Origin: Centroscyllium fabricii
Taxonomy: Eukaryota
NCBI GenBank assembly: GCA_051313645.2
Contig: JBNRSN020000012.1
Span: 58,528,001 to 58,592,000, forward strand
Reading direction: 5' to 3'
Length of the DNA stretch: 64,000 nucleotides
Under the pieces are notes generated by a model, which worked only from the letters and a program-made list of their open reading frames with translations, was not told the DNA's origin and did not search any database. Below, piece by piece: positions 23,854 through 36,827 of the stretch (positions within the stretch are counted from its first letter, which is position 1; each line of letters opens with the position of its first letter). A program made the position numbers and the translations under genes.

Positions 23854-25459
23854 GTAAGCACACACATTTTAAAGATCTAATAACGATGCAGTTGTAATTT
23901 TCCAGGTACAGTCCAGAATGTACCAACTTTGTTAGTTTACTGAAGAAATGGTCTGTGGGAGCTCTACTTGGTTTCCCCTCTCTATTTTAGCCTTTTTTCT
24001 TCTTTTGGGTCTCCCACTCTCCGAACTTTTACCAACCTAAATAGCTAACAAAATTGCAGAGCAGGCTCAGTTGCCAGCCTTTGTTTCTGCGTTCCTCAGG
24101 GATAGTCAGGAAACTTGCTCCAGACTTCTGGTGAAACTATTCTGTGACCACTCATTAGGAGCTCTGTGACTCCCCAGCCTGTGCTCAGCATCCCCTAATC
24201 GTCTCACTGAACTCAAATGCATCAAAAGTGCTATCAGTCCATTGGCGGACTGTTCTTTTTAAAATCTTAATGTCTTTCCTCCCCTGCACCCAGTCGTTTA
24301 TAAGTGGGGAGGGGGATTATGTATTGCCCCAGTGACTTTAAAAACTCTCCTCATATTTAAAGCCTTAAGGCACTTGAAAATTAGTATTCTGAGCAATCAG
24401 CCTATTTCAATTATAGCTCTTTCAGAAGTAATCCACCATCTTAAAATGAATAATTACCACAAAATTTGTTCTGTTTGTTTTTGCACCTCTCTCACCCTCT
24501 AGATTCCTTTTAAAAAGGTAGTGTCCTCCAGTCCAAATGGAAATGGCAGTACTTCATGTATTAATCTGGACAGGTGATTTTGGCAGCGATTTTGTACGTG
24601 GGGGCAATGGGAGAATCACAGTCCTCTCCTTGTTCCGATGCACGTATGCACACTGGATACTAATCTGGAGTAGGCGCTCTGGTCTATTGCTCCTTCCTAA
24701 TCCAGGAATGTCGAGTCCAAATGTTGTGTCGCTGCTGTCACCCATGTTACATATCCGGCATCTAATCTGGGGAGCTACCTGGTCTGTATGGCTCCCATTA
24801 TATGCTGGCTTTACCAACGGAGCAATCAGTAAAGTTAGACTTTCAACTTTACCAACTTTATCGTGCCTTTCCCATCTGATGAGTTTGTTTCAAAAATCAC
24901 ATTTGTGGGAACCTCTTTGAATGATTGCAAATGTAACCCCTAACAAGTTCAACTTGATCAATACCAAAGAGAATTCTCAAACGTTAATACTAACGCATAA
25001 TGTTTATTTAAAATATGTAAGTTAGGCCCTTTTAATTAACACTGGTATTTATATGCTTGGGTGTATGTTGTTGTGACTAATACCTGTATTAACCTTTGGA
25101 ACATTGTGGATTTGTTGTCTGGGTGTAGTTGGGCTTCATGTGCCCAAGAGAACTCATCCTGTAGCAGCACTTTCGCATTTGATGCTTTAAAATATGTCAG
25201 ATGCTTCAGTACCATTTTTCAAATAATCAGCATCATTTTCTCATGGGTCATGCGGCTTTAAGATGTGAGTAAAAGATGGAAACATTCCTGCTTAGCAAAG
25301 TTGCAAGTTACTTGTGTGCTGGTGAGTATTTTATCTGAGTTGGCAGGTGTAAAAGTACAAACTCATTCATCAAATGTACAATTTATGGAGCTGCCACTTT
25401 AATGTCATTTATAGGAATGGTGGCTAAGATGATAGTGTTTGTGCTTTATCTCCCTGCAG

Positions 25460-25516
25460 CAAAAGAGTGGCCAGAGCCCTCAGAAACAGAGTTCCTCAGA
25501 CAGCGATCACAGTGAT
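25460..25516 (+). CDS. LRCH3: LRCH3 internal exon (QKSGQSPQKQSSSDSDHSD)
   Basis: ccctgcag acceptor, GAT|gtaagt donor; 57 nt; QSPQKQ motif. Confidence 0.9.
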
Positions 25517-26555
25517 GTAAGTCCTTGTGCAGGTTTAGCTGGATGTTAGAGAATAGAGTGAATGGCGAGAGATCTGTCTGACCTTTTTTTAAAGGGACAG
25601 TGATGTTAGTGTCTCATAACCTTTCAGTTCACACTTCAAGGACAGTACCACTTGTAAAGGAAAAACATCACGTACCAGAATATGTGATCTTTGTCTGTCT
25701 GGGTTATCCCTATACACCTGTCCCCTTTCACTCCTTTGGAGTACTTCATTTGTACTGATCATATTCTAGACATGCTTCGATATCAAGTTATTTAGAACAA
25801 AATTACCATTTAAGAAATTAATTTGGAGGATTTTGTAATATAGGTTTCCTGGAGTAGATTTTGTACATAAATATTCTATAGGTAACTGCTCTTCCATATC
25901 ACAATGACAGGTTTGTAGAGGATGTGGCTTTTCCTCTTCTGTATTGACGGATCAATGCCTCTTGTTTTGCTGTATCGCTTTCTGCAGTGAACAGTAATTG
26001 TTTTAATGTATTTTATGAATATCCTTGTAAACATCTATTTTTTATTTATAGAATTGTACAAGGATAGCAACATTTCCAAATTCAGAACTCAAAATTATTG
26101 TCTGATTGTTGTGAGAACTGAGATAGAGTGGATGTTTTAAACTAGTCTTCCTGTGCAAAGCTGGAAAACTGCTGTTCCCTCACCTCACCCCTCCCCAATC
26201 TCTGACTCTTATTGAATTGTAACTTGTAAAAACGTTGTCCTTTTTGACACAGTTTTGCAGCAGTTTCTCCCCCCCCCCCCCCCCCCCCATTTTTGCTGGC
26301 ATTGTGCACTTGTTTGGAGACAAGAACATAACCAATTTAATCATCAGGTTTCTTTTTTTTTGTTTCTCACTGTGTTTTGTCCAGTCCCAATTGGAACGCA
26401 AAGTTTAGTCCAGACTGATCCTCGATTGGCACTATTTTGGTTTGGTTTAACTCTGTTCAGATGATTAGTTTGCTTGTCCCTACATGTGACTGTTGAGAAT
26501 ATTTGTTGTGTTTTGTTATGATTACTCATTTCTCTCCCCGTTCCCCTCCCCCCAG

Positions 26556-26615
26556 CTCCCCAAACATTTCCCTATCAGACGGTCCCAGCACACAGATGAT
26601 AGCGCCTTGTTAGTG
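26556..26615 (+). CDS. LRCH3: LRCH3 internal exon (LPKHFPIRRSQHTDDSALLV)
   Basis: Long pyrimidine tract then cag, GTG|gtaag donor; RRSQHTDDSAL motif. Confidence 0.92.
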
Positions 26616-29600
26616 GTAAGAGTGTGTCTGCATGGATTGGCCTGTATTTTAATAGAAGTTTAGATCATAGAAATGGCATGATGTGTAATCTATCAATTTA
26701 CCAATCATTAGCTAAAGCTTTACTGAATAGCACAACTCACATTAAAATGGAAGGATTCTTTGTGCTCCATCACTGGAGAATATCCTTATGACACTTGTGG
26801 AAACAGAATTTTCTTCTACAATGACTGGAACACATTTGTGTCAAGTCTTTGCTAAACAACATCCTATAATAATAACAACTTAAAGGCAAGCAAGCAAAGG
26901 GAAAAAAAGTTCTGTTTAATCTTGCATCTGGATTTGTCATAAAAATAGCAGAGACACAAATCAGTCTCTTGAATGGAAGAGATATAGTGGTACTGTTCTT
27001 TTATTAGATCACTTTTTAAACGCTATACCATAAACAAAATAAAGAACACAATGGGTGGGAAATTGAGTGAAGCAGTGACACTTTTTTCAACTCTCTTACT
27101 TGAGTTTTGAATCCAGTCTAAACTGATGAGGTGAACATCTCCTCGCTCAACTGCCTGTAATATGACTACCTGAAATGAATTTGGGCAGCCTCATTCAATT
27201 TCTCGTGGGTGCAGGTCCACAGAACAAAAGGCTTCCATTTGGCAGTCTTGCTGGCGAATAACTTAAGTGGAATAATCCATACTGGTTATTTGGCACATTA
27301 GTGGGAGGAGCAGCTGGGCCCTTAATTAACATATAATATACCTTGCCTGGAAACACTTGATGCTGGCACTGAGTAATAATTGTTGCCTTTCCTGCTTCTG
27401 ACATTTCTCATCCCATTGAAGGTAAAAGTAACTTTAAAAAATTGATACTAATGATGCTGCATAATAATATATTAAAAATGGAATGAAATCAGTGACTTTA
27501 GATTCACTGTTTTAACACCTATGCTTTCTTCAGCAAAGTAGTTGATATGTTGTACTGTTTTGCTGATCTTTCACTGAGTGGATGTGCTGAAGGTCTAATT
27601 TGGAGCCCTTAACAAATTGCTTTATCATAGCTCTGTGTGACAGTGTTTTACAAATCTTTGGAAGCCAAATCAGACCTCTGACGCCTGACATCTTGGACTG
27701 ATCCATGAAATGAGTGGGTTGAATATCTCAAATGAAACCACATTACTAGTCAACTGGGGAAAATTCGAAGTTGAACTCTTGATTTGTGGCCACCACACTT
27801 GGTGCATAGTATAATCAAGAGCACCAAAACAAGAAGGAAGGAGTAGTGTACTGTTCGGTTGACCCTGCACTGATGACCTCCATTAGGTGAACACAGAGTA
27901 GAAATGGCAACAAGGACATAAAGTGTAGGACAAGAAAAGACTTTGGTCCAATAACCTTGCTCATTTCATGGACTGTGTACAATCTACCCATCGTGGACTT
28001 GAACCCTCCCACTTAATCTCTCGGCAAACCCATGTAATCACCTAAGAGATAACTGTGCATAAAAAATCACTAATCATAAAAGGAAATCCAACAAAAAAGC
28101 AAAATATTCGTCCAACGCCACACTTCCACTATTCTTCTGTCCTGCACAGACAACAAATTCCCTTCCCCAGCAGTAGAGGAATCCTCATATTTCATTGATG
28201 ATTTGATCATGTCAGTCAATACCATTCCTGTAACCGGCAATCCTGTTCCCAACCAGATACTTACACAACACGGAATCGAGTGCCTTTGCTAGGAGTCATT
28301 TACTAACTTTTGGGAGTGGGGGAAGTTTTTTTCTATTCTCACCTCTTCATAAAAGAGTTGGTGACATCATATAACCCCGCTGGTTGAAAGATAATTTAAG
28401 ACAGGGCCTTTAAAGAAAAGGGAATAAAACATTCAAGTGCAAGCCTTTTTGAGATCACAAATTGATTATGCTTATATACAAGTGCTTAAAATGAACAAAA
28501 TGGGCAGAGAGAAGGAGAAAGTGCAAACTTTGTAAATTCAAAAACTTCCCAAAGCAATTCTTGTTCAACTTGAAGTTGGGAAAGACAGCTGTGGTTTGTG
28601 CTATTCACATTAACTTTACCTAGTAGTGATTTATTCACAGTTACCTGATTCTGACTTGAATCCGTAGTTAGTAACACTGTGCTGATCTTGCCCGGACAAC
28701 AGTGAGGCATGGAATGATGTTGCATTGCATGTACTCCACACCTGCCCACATTCTATCTGCAGTAATAACCAATGGGCTACTCGTTGGTGCAGTGGAGCAC
28801 ACAAATCATTGGAATGCATGCTTACACACTGCAATATATATAATATATATATTATCAAAGCTTTTAGATTACCCATGCATCAGAATGTTTTGTGGTCAAG
28901 TTATTTTATGTGACAACTGTACAAAGACCAGCGTGAGCTGAAATTTGCTAGTTCTGCCTTCACTGGTCTGTTGCAACAAAAGCATTTCCATAATGTGTGT
29001 CTGAACCATTGATTATAGTTTTCAAACTAGATTTTTGACACTTCTACTTTTCACCTTCAATTTTATTTTTTTCTAGTTTTAAACTCATGACATATCTAAA
29101 TTTTATTTACTTGATCTAAATTCTTTTAAGGTTTATTAAAATTAAATCGTTTCTGTTGATTACATCCTGTTTTTATTTTCTGACCTCTTTAACTCTTTCT
29201 TTGCCATATATTTATTTCATCATTTGTTGACTTCAACTTTTTTCAGAAGGGGTATTTGTTTTTGTTTGGAGGTGTGTTAGCTTTAATTCTTCGTTGGTCT
29301 GTTACTTTCACTGAGATATCTCAAGTTAATCTGTGTTTCATTTCTTTTGCTTTCTGTTTGGCTGCTACAGTATTTGCAGCTACTAAACAAATTAAGCACA
29401 GTAATGTCAAGATTCCTATGACCAGAGGAATGTTGAAACAGATAATAAAAGCTGTCATTTTTAAGCATGGGACTTTTGTTATAGGACGTTCTTCATTTGC
29501 CACTGGGCCACCTCGAGGCAGAAACTGAGTACTGCAGCATGGCATGGCCACTGTCCATTGATTTTTTTAAATGACGAGTCCAACCTTTTTGCAGATCTCC

Positions 29601-30404
29601 GACCAGTGGAATTTTTTTTAACTTGATGGGATTCACAAGTTGTTAGGATACTGTGTTTATCCTTACGGCAGGGACATTTTTAGCTGACTAAAATAGTGAA
29701 AATAGTTTTACACAACCCAATAAACTGCATGTTGTAAAAGCATTTTCTTTTTCATAGCCAGATAGATGAATCATACTTTTCCATGTAAAACCCAATAAAA
29801 GCTGTCGTGCCATATTTTTCCGCAGTCTGTGTTATTTAAGAGTTTTTAAGATGTGTGGCAGTTAATGGCTGAAGCTGGCTTGCTTGCATTTCAAAGTGCT
29901 CCAGTATAGTTGGGCAATAATAATTGCAAGGTTGACTGCTTATTTTAGTACCTGGGGGATTGTTCTAATATAAGGCAGATCTATGTGCTAAATACAGAAT
30001 CTTGTGTGCTGAAAACTTGATAAATACACACCTTTATGTTTATTATTGCCATTAGATTGCAGGTATGTTCAGTTTTTCTGGTGTATTGCTCTTGATGATT
30101 ATATTGATAATGCAGCAGCTAGCCCATTGAAGAACAATGAAATACTATGAAGCCACATTTGCGCTGAACCTGGTAGATTTTACTATGATTCGCAGCAAAT
30201 CAGTAAACCACCTTTAGGACTTCCTGTAATCTAATGAAAAGTATTTTCTATTGAACTGTTTACCAGAATGCTGGGTTTTTTTAAGTGTTAACTTCAGTTT
30301 TCATTTTCCTGCCTGGCAGAACCTCACTTCCATAGCTCTAATTTTGATAAACTAATGATCTACACACCATGTACAAATTTCAGCTGAAGTACTAATATCT
30401 AATA

Positions 30405-31136
30405 CAGGTTGTTCACCGTTAATCCGTTACCCGATAAGCCGGCAACTTCAGTCTTCTGGAACAAATTGCCCTGACTGCCCTGCGCATGCGCAAAATGGCC
30501 GCCGCGATTGATGCTTCGGTGAATGATCTGCGCATGCGCCACCGAATGGCGAGCACATGCGCAGATCATTCACAATGGCTGCCGTGAAGTTTTTAATGAT
30601 CTGTGCATGCACTGCCAAACAATCCCGGGCCGGGCCTTCCCGAGCCTCACCTTACCGAGCTGGGCCGGGGCTTCCTGAGCCGGGCCTCGCCTTACCGAAC
30701 CTTCCTGAGCCGGGCCTCGCCTTACCGAGCCTTCCCGAGCCGAGCCTCGCCTTACCGAACCTTCCTGAGCCGGGCCTCGCCTTACCAAGCCTTCCCGAGC
30801 CGAGCCTCGCCTTACCGAACCTTCCTGAGCCGGGCCTCGCCTTAACGAGCCTTCCCGAGCCGAGCCTCGCCTTACCGAACCTTCCTGAGCCGGGCCTCGC
30901 CTTACCGAGCCGAGCCGAGCCGAGCCTTACCGAACCTTCCTGAGCTGGGCCTCGCCGGGCCGGCCTGGGCCTTACCGAACAATAAGCGCATGCGCAAACC
31001 ACTCAAAATGGCCGCCGGCCTTTCGCAGCGGCCATTTTGAATGGTATGCGCTCGCCGAAGCTTCAATCGTTGGGGATTTTCACTTTCCCGGCACGGGCCT
31101 GGTCCCGCCCGTGCCGGATTAACGGTACTCAACCTG
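30405..31136. mobile_element. MITE subfamily B with 30-bp minisatellite in a 60-bp higher-order dimer
   Basis: TA|CAGGTTGTTCACCGTTAATCCG ... CGGATTAACGGTACTCAACCTG|TA; arms similar to 7040-7752; array ~30630-30980. Confidence 0.92.
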
Positions 31137-31576
31137 TACTAATATGCAGCTTCTTGAATTCAAAAATTATATGCAACAGAAGCAGTGGTAAAAAATCACT
31201 GGATCTCTTAATTTCTGTCAATCTGGGGGTTATTAAGCAGGCCAGTGGAAGAGCTTTATCATAATATTGTAGCCTTTTTTATTTGAGTAGAAGCTGCTGA
31301 AGTAATTACATAATTCTTTCCTTTGTAACATCTAGTGACACATTAAATGATGTAACTTAAGAGAGCTATTGGCTCATATCAAAACAGTACTCTCGGAGTA
31401 CTGTTGTAACAACATAAATGAATAGGCATTGTTATGCACAACTTAACTGTACATATATTTGGACCGACTGAGTCCATTTTACAGATGTGATGTATGGGAT
31501 TTTCTGGAGCTTTTTAATAAAGTTGGTATTTTGGTACTTTGCTGGTAGATTCTCAATCAACAATAATGATTGGGTA

Positions 31577-33045
31577 TAACAACAGAAAACGCTGGAGAAA
31601 CTCAGCAGGCCAGTTAACGTTTCAGATTGATGACCTTTATTGAGAACTGGAGCAGCTGGGAGGGGGGATAGATTTTAAAGCTTGTAGGGGCTGGGGAAAG
31701 GGGGGGGCTGAAAGAACAAAGGAAAGATCAGAAATTCAAGGAGCACAAGATGGCTCTGGATAGGTGTGAACGTGTCCACTGCACTGCATTCAGACCTCAC
31801 TGTCTGTGGCCTGTTGCATTGTTCCATGGAAGCTCAGCGTAAACGCGAGGAACAACACCTCATCTTTCACTTAGGCACTCTACAGCCCTCTGGACTAAAC
31901 ATAGAGTTCAACAATTTTAGATCATAACCTCGGCCCCCACCACACTTTTTTACATATATTTTCTCTTTTCAATCCACACTTTCGTCTGGGCTGTTTTCCT
32001 TTTTTCTTCTCTCTGCCAGATCCGTTCACACCTATCCAGAGCCATCCTGTGTTCCTTGAATTTCTGATCTTTCCTTTGTTCTTTCAGCCCCCTCCCTTTC
32101 CCCAGCCCCTACAAGCTTTAAAATCTATCCCCCCTCCCGGCTGCTCCAGTTCTGAAGAAAGGTCATCAACCTGAAACGTTGGGGGGGACTTTGCCAGAAG
32201 TGCGGGAACCTGGCGGGGATTGGTCTGGGCGGGTTCCTGTCCTGCCCGCCCAAACACCTGGGAAGCTCACGCAATTTTAATTTAATTGAGTTGTTAAATC
32301 CACGCTGGCGGCAGCGGGTGGTAATTAACTCAATTGAGTCGAGCGGCAGCGGGGCTGTGAGGCGGCTGATTGACAGTTCCAGCACTGGTTGTTGACAGTT
32401 CCCATGGAAACACTCCACTGTAACATCACAGTCGAGTGGAACCAATGGGAAAGGTCAAGTGCTGGTGACTGACAGGTGGGTGGGTGGGCTCCGAATCCTT
32501 GACAGCTCGCACCGGCTGTGAGCAAATGTGCAAAGCTGAGATTTCTCAGTTTTTGCTCACAGCTGGTGTAGCCACCACGGAGAAACTTACTGCTCTAAGG
32601 TGCTGGAGGCATGCCAAGCATTTGGCAGCATGTGCTTCACACCTTGAAGGAGAAAGTAATAACCAGTGCTGTGCTCGTTTAAGGTGAAGGGTTTAGGGTG
32701 GGAAACAGCTCAAAATGGCTGAGGGCCCTTAAAATGGCATTAAACATGCCAATTAAGAGCCCTTAACGAGGTGACAACCCATCCCCGCCGGCGGGAAGGT
32801 TTCGGGGCGGGGAATCAGGGCGGGAGAAAATGTTAAAGCGACGGCAATCCGGCAGGGGGTCTCGCGACCCACTGGTTGCGCTATTTTGCCAGCCGAGCCG
32901 CCAAAAACCCCGCCTCATGGGGACATGAAAATCCCCCCTGTTAACTCTGTTTCTCTCTCCGCCGATGCTGTCCTGGCCTGCTGAGTTTCTCCAGCGTTTT
33001 CTGTTGTTATTTCGGATTTCCAGCATCTGCAGTGTTTTGCTATCG
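31577..33045 (+). mobile_element. Truncated Penelope-like element with inverted pLTR, GIY-YIG C-terminus and hammerhead core
   Basis: 16-bp TSD CAATAATGATTGGGTA; 31787-31927 encodes HSDLTVCGLLHCSMEAQRKREEQHLIFHLGTLQPSGLNIEFNNFRS*; 31577-31772 is inverted relative to 32023-32180 and 32941-33010. Confidence 0.88.
32181..32939. mobile_element. Harbinger-like non-autonomous DNA transposon nested in the Penelope pLTR
   Basis: GGGGGGACTTT ... AAAATCCCCCC ends; apparent 3-bp duplication GTT. Confidence 0.7.
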
Positions 33046-33639
33046 CAATAATGATTGGGTAATCTGTTGATTGAATTCCAAAGGCGCTATTTTGAACTGT
33101 GTATAGTATGCTCGTGCATGCAGACATAGAAAACTACCAAAGCTAACCAACAGGTTCACAAAAATTGACAGCCCCAGAAAAGCTGAGAATTGAAAAACAT
33201 TCCTGAATATATGCGTTTATGACACGTGAAGATAAGGGATGCAGTAAGACGTGTGCTGATTATCAGTTAATCTGCAGGTGCTCCCAACAATTAATCATCA
33301 TTATTGTAGTGAAAATATCCTAAAGTACATGAAAGCACAGTTTGCAGCAGTGGCGAATATTGAAGTTATTGAGGGAGAATGTGAATGCTGAAGGCATGAG
33401 ATTTATTTTCTATGAGATCTGGGGGGCATGCCACTCCGAGGTTTTAATTTTTGACACTATCTTGTGCATTTTCCAACATTTTGGAGCCTGCTATAAATCA
33501 GATTTTCTTTTCAGCCGAAACTAATTTCTCCTGGAAAAGTTTAGAGATATTTTATGTAGGAAAAAAGTCGTACAGATTGCAATACGACTTTACGGATGAC
33601 ACTATATGGGTTGATGCCCTCCTGTTAAAATAATGTCAA

Positions 33640-34105
33640 ATAACAGCTTACATTTGCATAGAACAATTCCTTAAAGCGCTTCACAGATGTGTAATCAAAA
33701 AAATGGATGCTGCGCCAAAGCAGGAGGTATTAGCAGGGATGATCAAAAACTTGGACAAAGAGATGGGTTTTAAGGAGGGCCTTGAAGGTGGTGGAGGAAT
33801 TTAGGAAGCGAATTCCAGAGCTTGGGATTGATGTAGCTGAAAGCATGACCTCCAATGGTGGGGCGAACGGTGAGTTGATGCACAAGAGTCCAGTGTTCGA
33901 AGAATGGAGAGTTTGGAAGGGGAGTTGTCGGGCTGGAGGAGGTTACAGAGATAGGGAGGAGATGAGCCCAGAAGGCATTTAAACACAAGGATGAGAATTT
34001 AGTTTTGACGTGTTGGGAAACCAATAGCCATTGTACCTCAGTGAGGGCAGGGGTGATGGGTGAGTGGGACTTGGTGCAGGATAGGATTGGGACAGCACAG
34101 TTTTA
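33640..34105 (-). mobile_element. Old L2 LINE 3' fragment
   Basis: Minus strand encodes IGGHAFSYINPKLWNSLP, a typical L2 ORF2 C-terminus. Confidence 0.75.
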
Positions 34106-34539
34106 ACAACGCATTAAACATTCATCCATTATTATTGCCAACAGTCCAGTTCTTTTGAATCTGTCAAAAGTTTACTTAGTTGTACCAAAAATATAATATT
34201 ACACATTACTATCTTTTTTTAAATAAAGTGTGCAAAAAGTATGATTTTCAGGAATAGGCATGGGGAGCTGAGTTTGTGCCCTCAGACACATATGTTTGCT
34301 TCCAGTCTGGAAGTTGCCAATCTATTATACCCTAATTGATTATTAATATCACTCCTCATGTTTCCCCATAGATGTTGACCGCTTTACAATAGGTATTGTG
34401 GGCGGTCTTCCTGGTTACTTTAAACAAATTGAATGCACCTAAGTTGCATGACATAACAGGGCACTGTGACTCGCCAGTCGTCTGCACCCCACGTCACAGC
34501 AGTACATTGCAGTAAAATCCTAAATCTAGGAATCACAAT

Positions 34540-35703
34540 GGGCCAGAAATTGCAGTCTGCGCATATCGGGTTTAAGCTCTGGTGCAAGCGCACCAGAGCT
34601 TAAACCCGCAGGAAGCAGCCGGTAGCGCAGCTTCGGGTTTTCCTATGCCGCCCAGCGGGGGGGTTGGAGTTCCTGCGAGGGCCAGCGCAGGAAGCATCGA
34701 ACTACGGGTGCGTCCAGACATTCCGATTTTTTAAAAAGTTTTTATACGGACCAAGACCAGGATTTTCTACGCTGGGAAAAAGCAGTCGTAAGTAGCCGTT
34801 TTTATCTGGTAAGTGTGTATTTTATTGATTTTAAATTGTTGTTTTTTCAGGTTTTTAATTGTTGATAACTTTAAAGACAGGTAAGTATTTTTTTTAGATC
34901 TGCTGGAAGTTGAAAAAAATTTCTGTAAATTTTTATTTTTTCTTTAAAATAGGTTATTTGTGTTAGTTGGGGTAATGTTAAAAAAAATGTGGTGTTTGTA
35001 AAATTTTATTTTTGTGTTTAGATGTCTTTTGGGCAATCTCTCCTTTCAGAACTCGCACAGATTTCTCAGTGGAAGTTTTGAACGGAGAATTGGTTCCACT
35101 GATTGGCTCCCTGCCAATCAGGTGGTCTCAAAAGCCATCTCGCACTAATTACATAGAAACATAGAAACTAGGAGCAGGAGTAGGCCCTTCGGCCCTTCGA
35201 GCCTGCTCCGCCATTCAATGAGATCATGGCTGATCATCCAAACCCAGTATCCTGCCCCTGCCCTCTCCCCATATCCCTCGATCCCTATCGAGCCTGCATC
35301 AACACATATCCCACCCTATCCCCGTAACCCCACATATGCAATCCCCCTAACACTAAGGGTCAATTTATCATGGCCAATCAACCTAACCCGCACATCTTTG
35401 GACTGTGGGAGGAAACCGGAGCACCCGGAGGAAACCCACGCAGACACGGGGAGAATGTGCAAACTCCACACAGATAGTACCCGAGGCCGGATTTGAACCC
35501 GGGTCTCCAGTGCTGTGAGGCAACAGTGCTAACCACTGAGCCACCGTGCCGCCCTTCAGATGCCCATGAAACTCGCACGGAGCTCTGACAGGCTGGGCTA
35601 ACTGCAATTTCTGAGTGCAAAAAAGCAAAACTGAATATGGGCAGTTCAAGTGCGTTAAGCAGGTACTGCACCCACACGAAGGCTCCACTGCAATTTCTGG
35701 GCC
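34540..35703. mobile_element. Harbinger-like MITE containing a nested V-SINE
   Basis: GGGCCAGAAATTGCAG ... CTGCAATTTCTGGGCC TIRs; AAT/ATT flanks. Confidence 0.75.
35151..35554 (-). mobile_element. Full-length HE1-type V-SINE (tRNA head, V domain, CR1 tail)
   Basis: A box TGGCTCAGTGG, B box GGTTCAAATCC, V-domain GGGTTTCCTCCGGGTGCTCCGGTTTCCTCCC, tail matching the 50157 CR1. Confidence 0.92.
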
Positions 35704-36029
35704 ATTGTTAATTTCTTAAATTAAGTAAAGCATCACCACATCTACTCCACTCTATTTCCAAATCCTGGTAATTCCACCAGATTGGTGACAGGAATGCTCA
35801 ATAAAACTAATTACTGCATACACGTTCAAAAAAGTGGTTGCTACTAGTCTTGAAGAAAGTAAACTTTCGTATAAGACAGCAAGCAGGAAATTTTTTTATT
35901 TTTTTAATAGCTTCATTTTAGCATTTACAACAACTTTGGTGACATCGCTAAATAAAAACATCTATAACTGTGACACTCAAAAACCTGTGACGCTCAAAGG
36001 CCATTGGTTCATCTGAAGTTCAGACGCAA

Positions 36030-36170
36030 GGCTCGATAGGGATCGAGGGATATGGGGAGAAGGCAGGGACAGGGTGCTGGGTTTGGATGATCAGCCATGA
36101 TCTCATTGAATGGCGGAGCAGGCTCGAAGGGCCGAATGGCCTACTCCTGCTCCTAGTTTCTATGTTTCTA
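36030..36170 (+). mobile_element. 3' tail of an HE1-type SINE
   Basis: Reverse complement of ~35155-35295, including the GGCTCGAT|AGGGATCG junction. Confidence 0.85.
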
Positions 36171-36827
36171 AGTGTGTACACAACCAACAGTGGGGGAAAA
36201 ATGAGTTCTGGTCACCTCCAATTTTACCCTGTGACTCCTGTTGTGCCTTCTGACTGACCTGATTAGTTCATGTTGACAATCTCGAATGCCAGTGGATAAA
36301 AGAGGATTTCTCTTGTGAAACACTGACAAACTGACTGTCCGGCTCGAAAAGCTGACCGTCGGCACGTATGCATGTGACTCGGGCAAAATTATGAATGTTT
36401 GTTGCAATTACTGTGATCTTTGACATCTGTGAACTGTAATCAGGAGTGGAATGAAAGTTTTTTCTTTAGTGAAGGGAACATTGTCTGGGTAGGTACTTTA
36501 TGCCACATGTGCATCACTTTTTTCTCTTGATGGCCAAATTTTCTACTTGATAAGAGAACGTTAGATAAATTTATCCAAAAATTGTTATGAGGTGACTTAC
36601 TAAAGGACTTAAGGAACTGCCACAATAGCACACTGAAAATTCTACATATGCAAAATGTCTTGATTATTTTTACCTGTTAACTGTAAATTTTGTTTCAAGA
36701 GAGCACATATTCCTTACTTCCAGTGTTTTGATTTATCAGCATTTTCCTAGGGGTCAGGTGGCTATCGTATTGCACTTGTCAGAATCTTGCTTTAATCAAT
36801 ACGTAATATATCCAGCATTGATTATAA

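Noticed and set aside
27534-28430. Possible early terminal exon (ttcttcag|CAA AGT AGT TGA, AATAAA near 28423)
   Set aside because: Only generic signals and no coding similarity
29247-29251. Micro-exon AAGGG after a long pyrimidine tract
   Set aside because: 5 nt would shift the frame and the donor is weak
35480-35550. tRNA gene
   Set aside because: It is the tRNA-derived head of a V-SINE, repeated at ~38680-38739 and ~46750-46819
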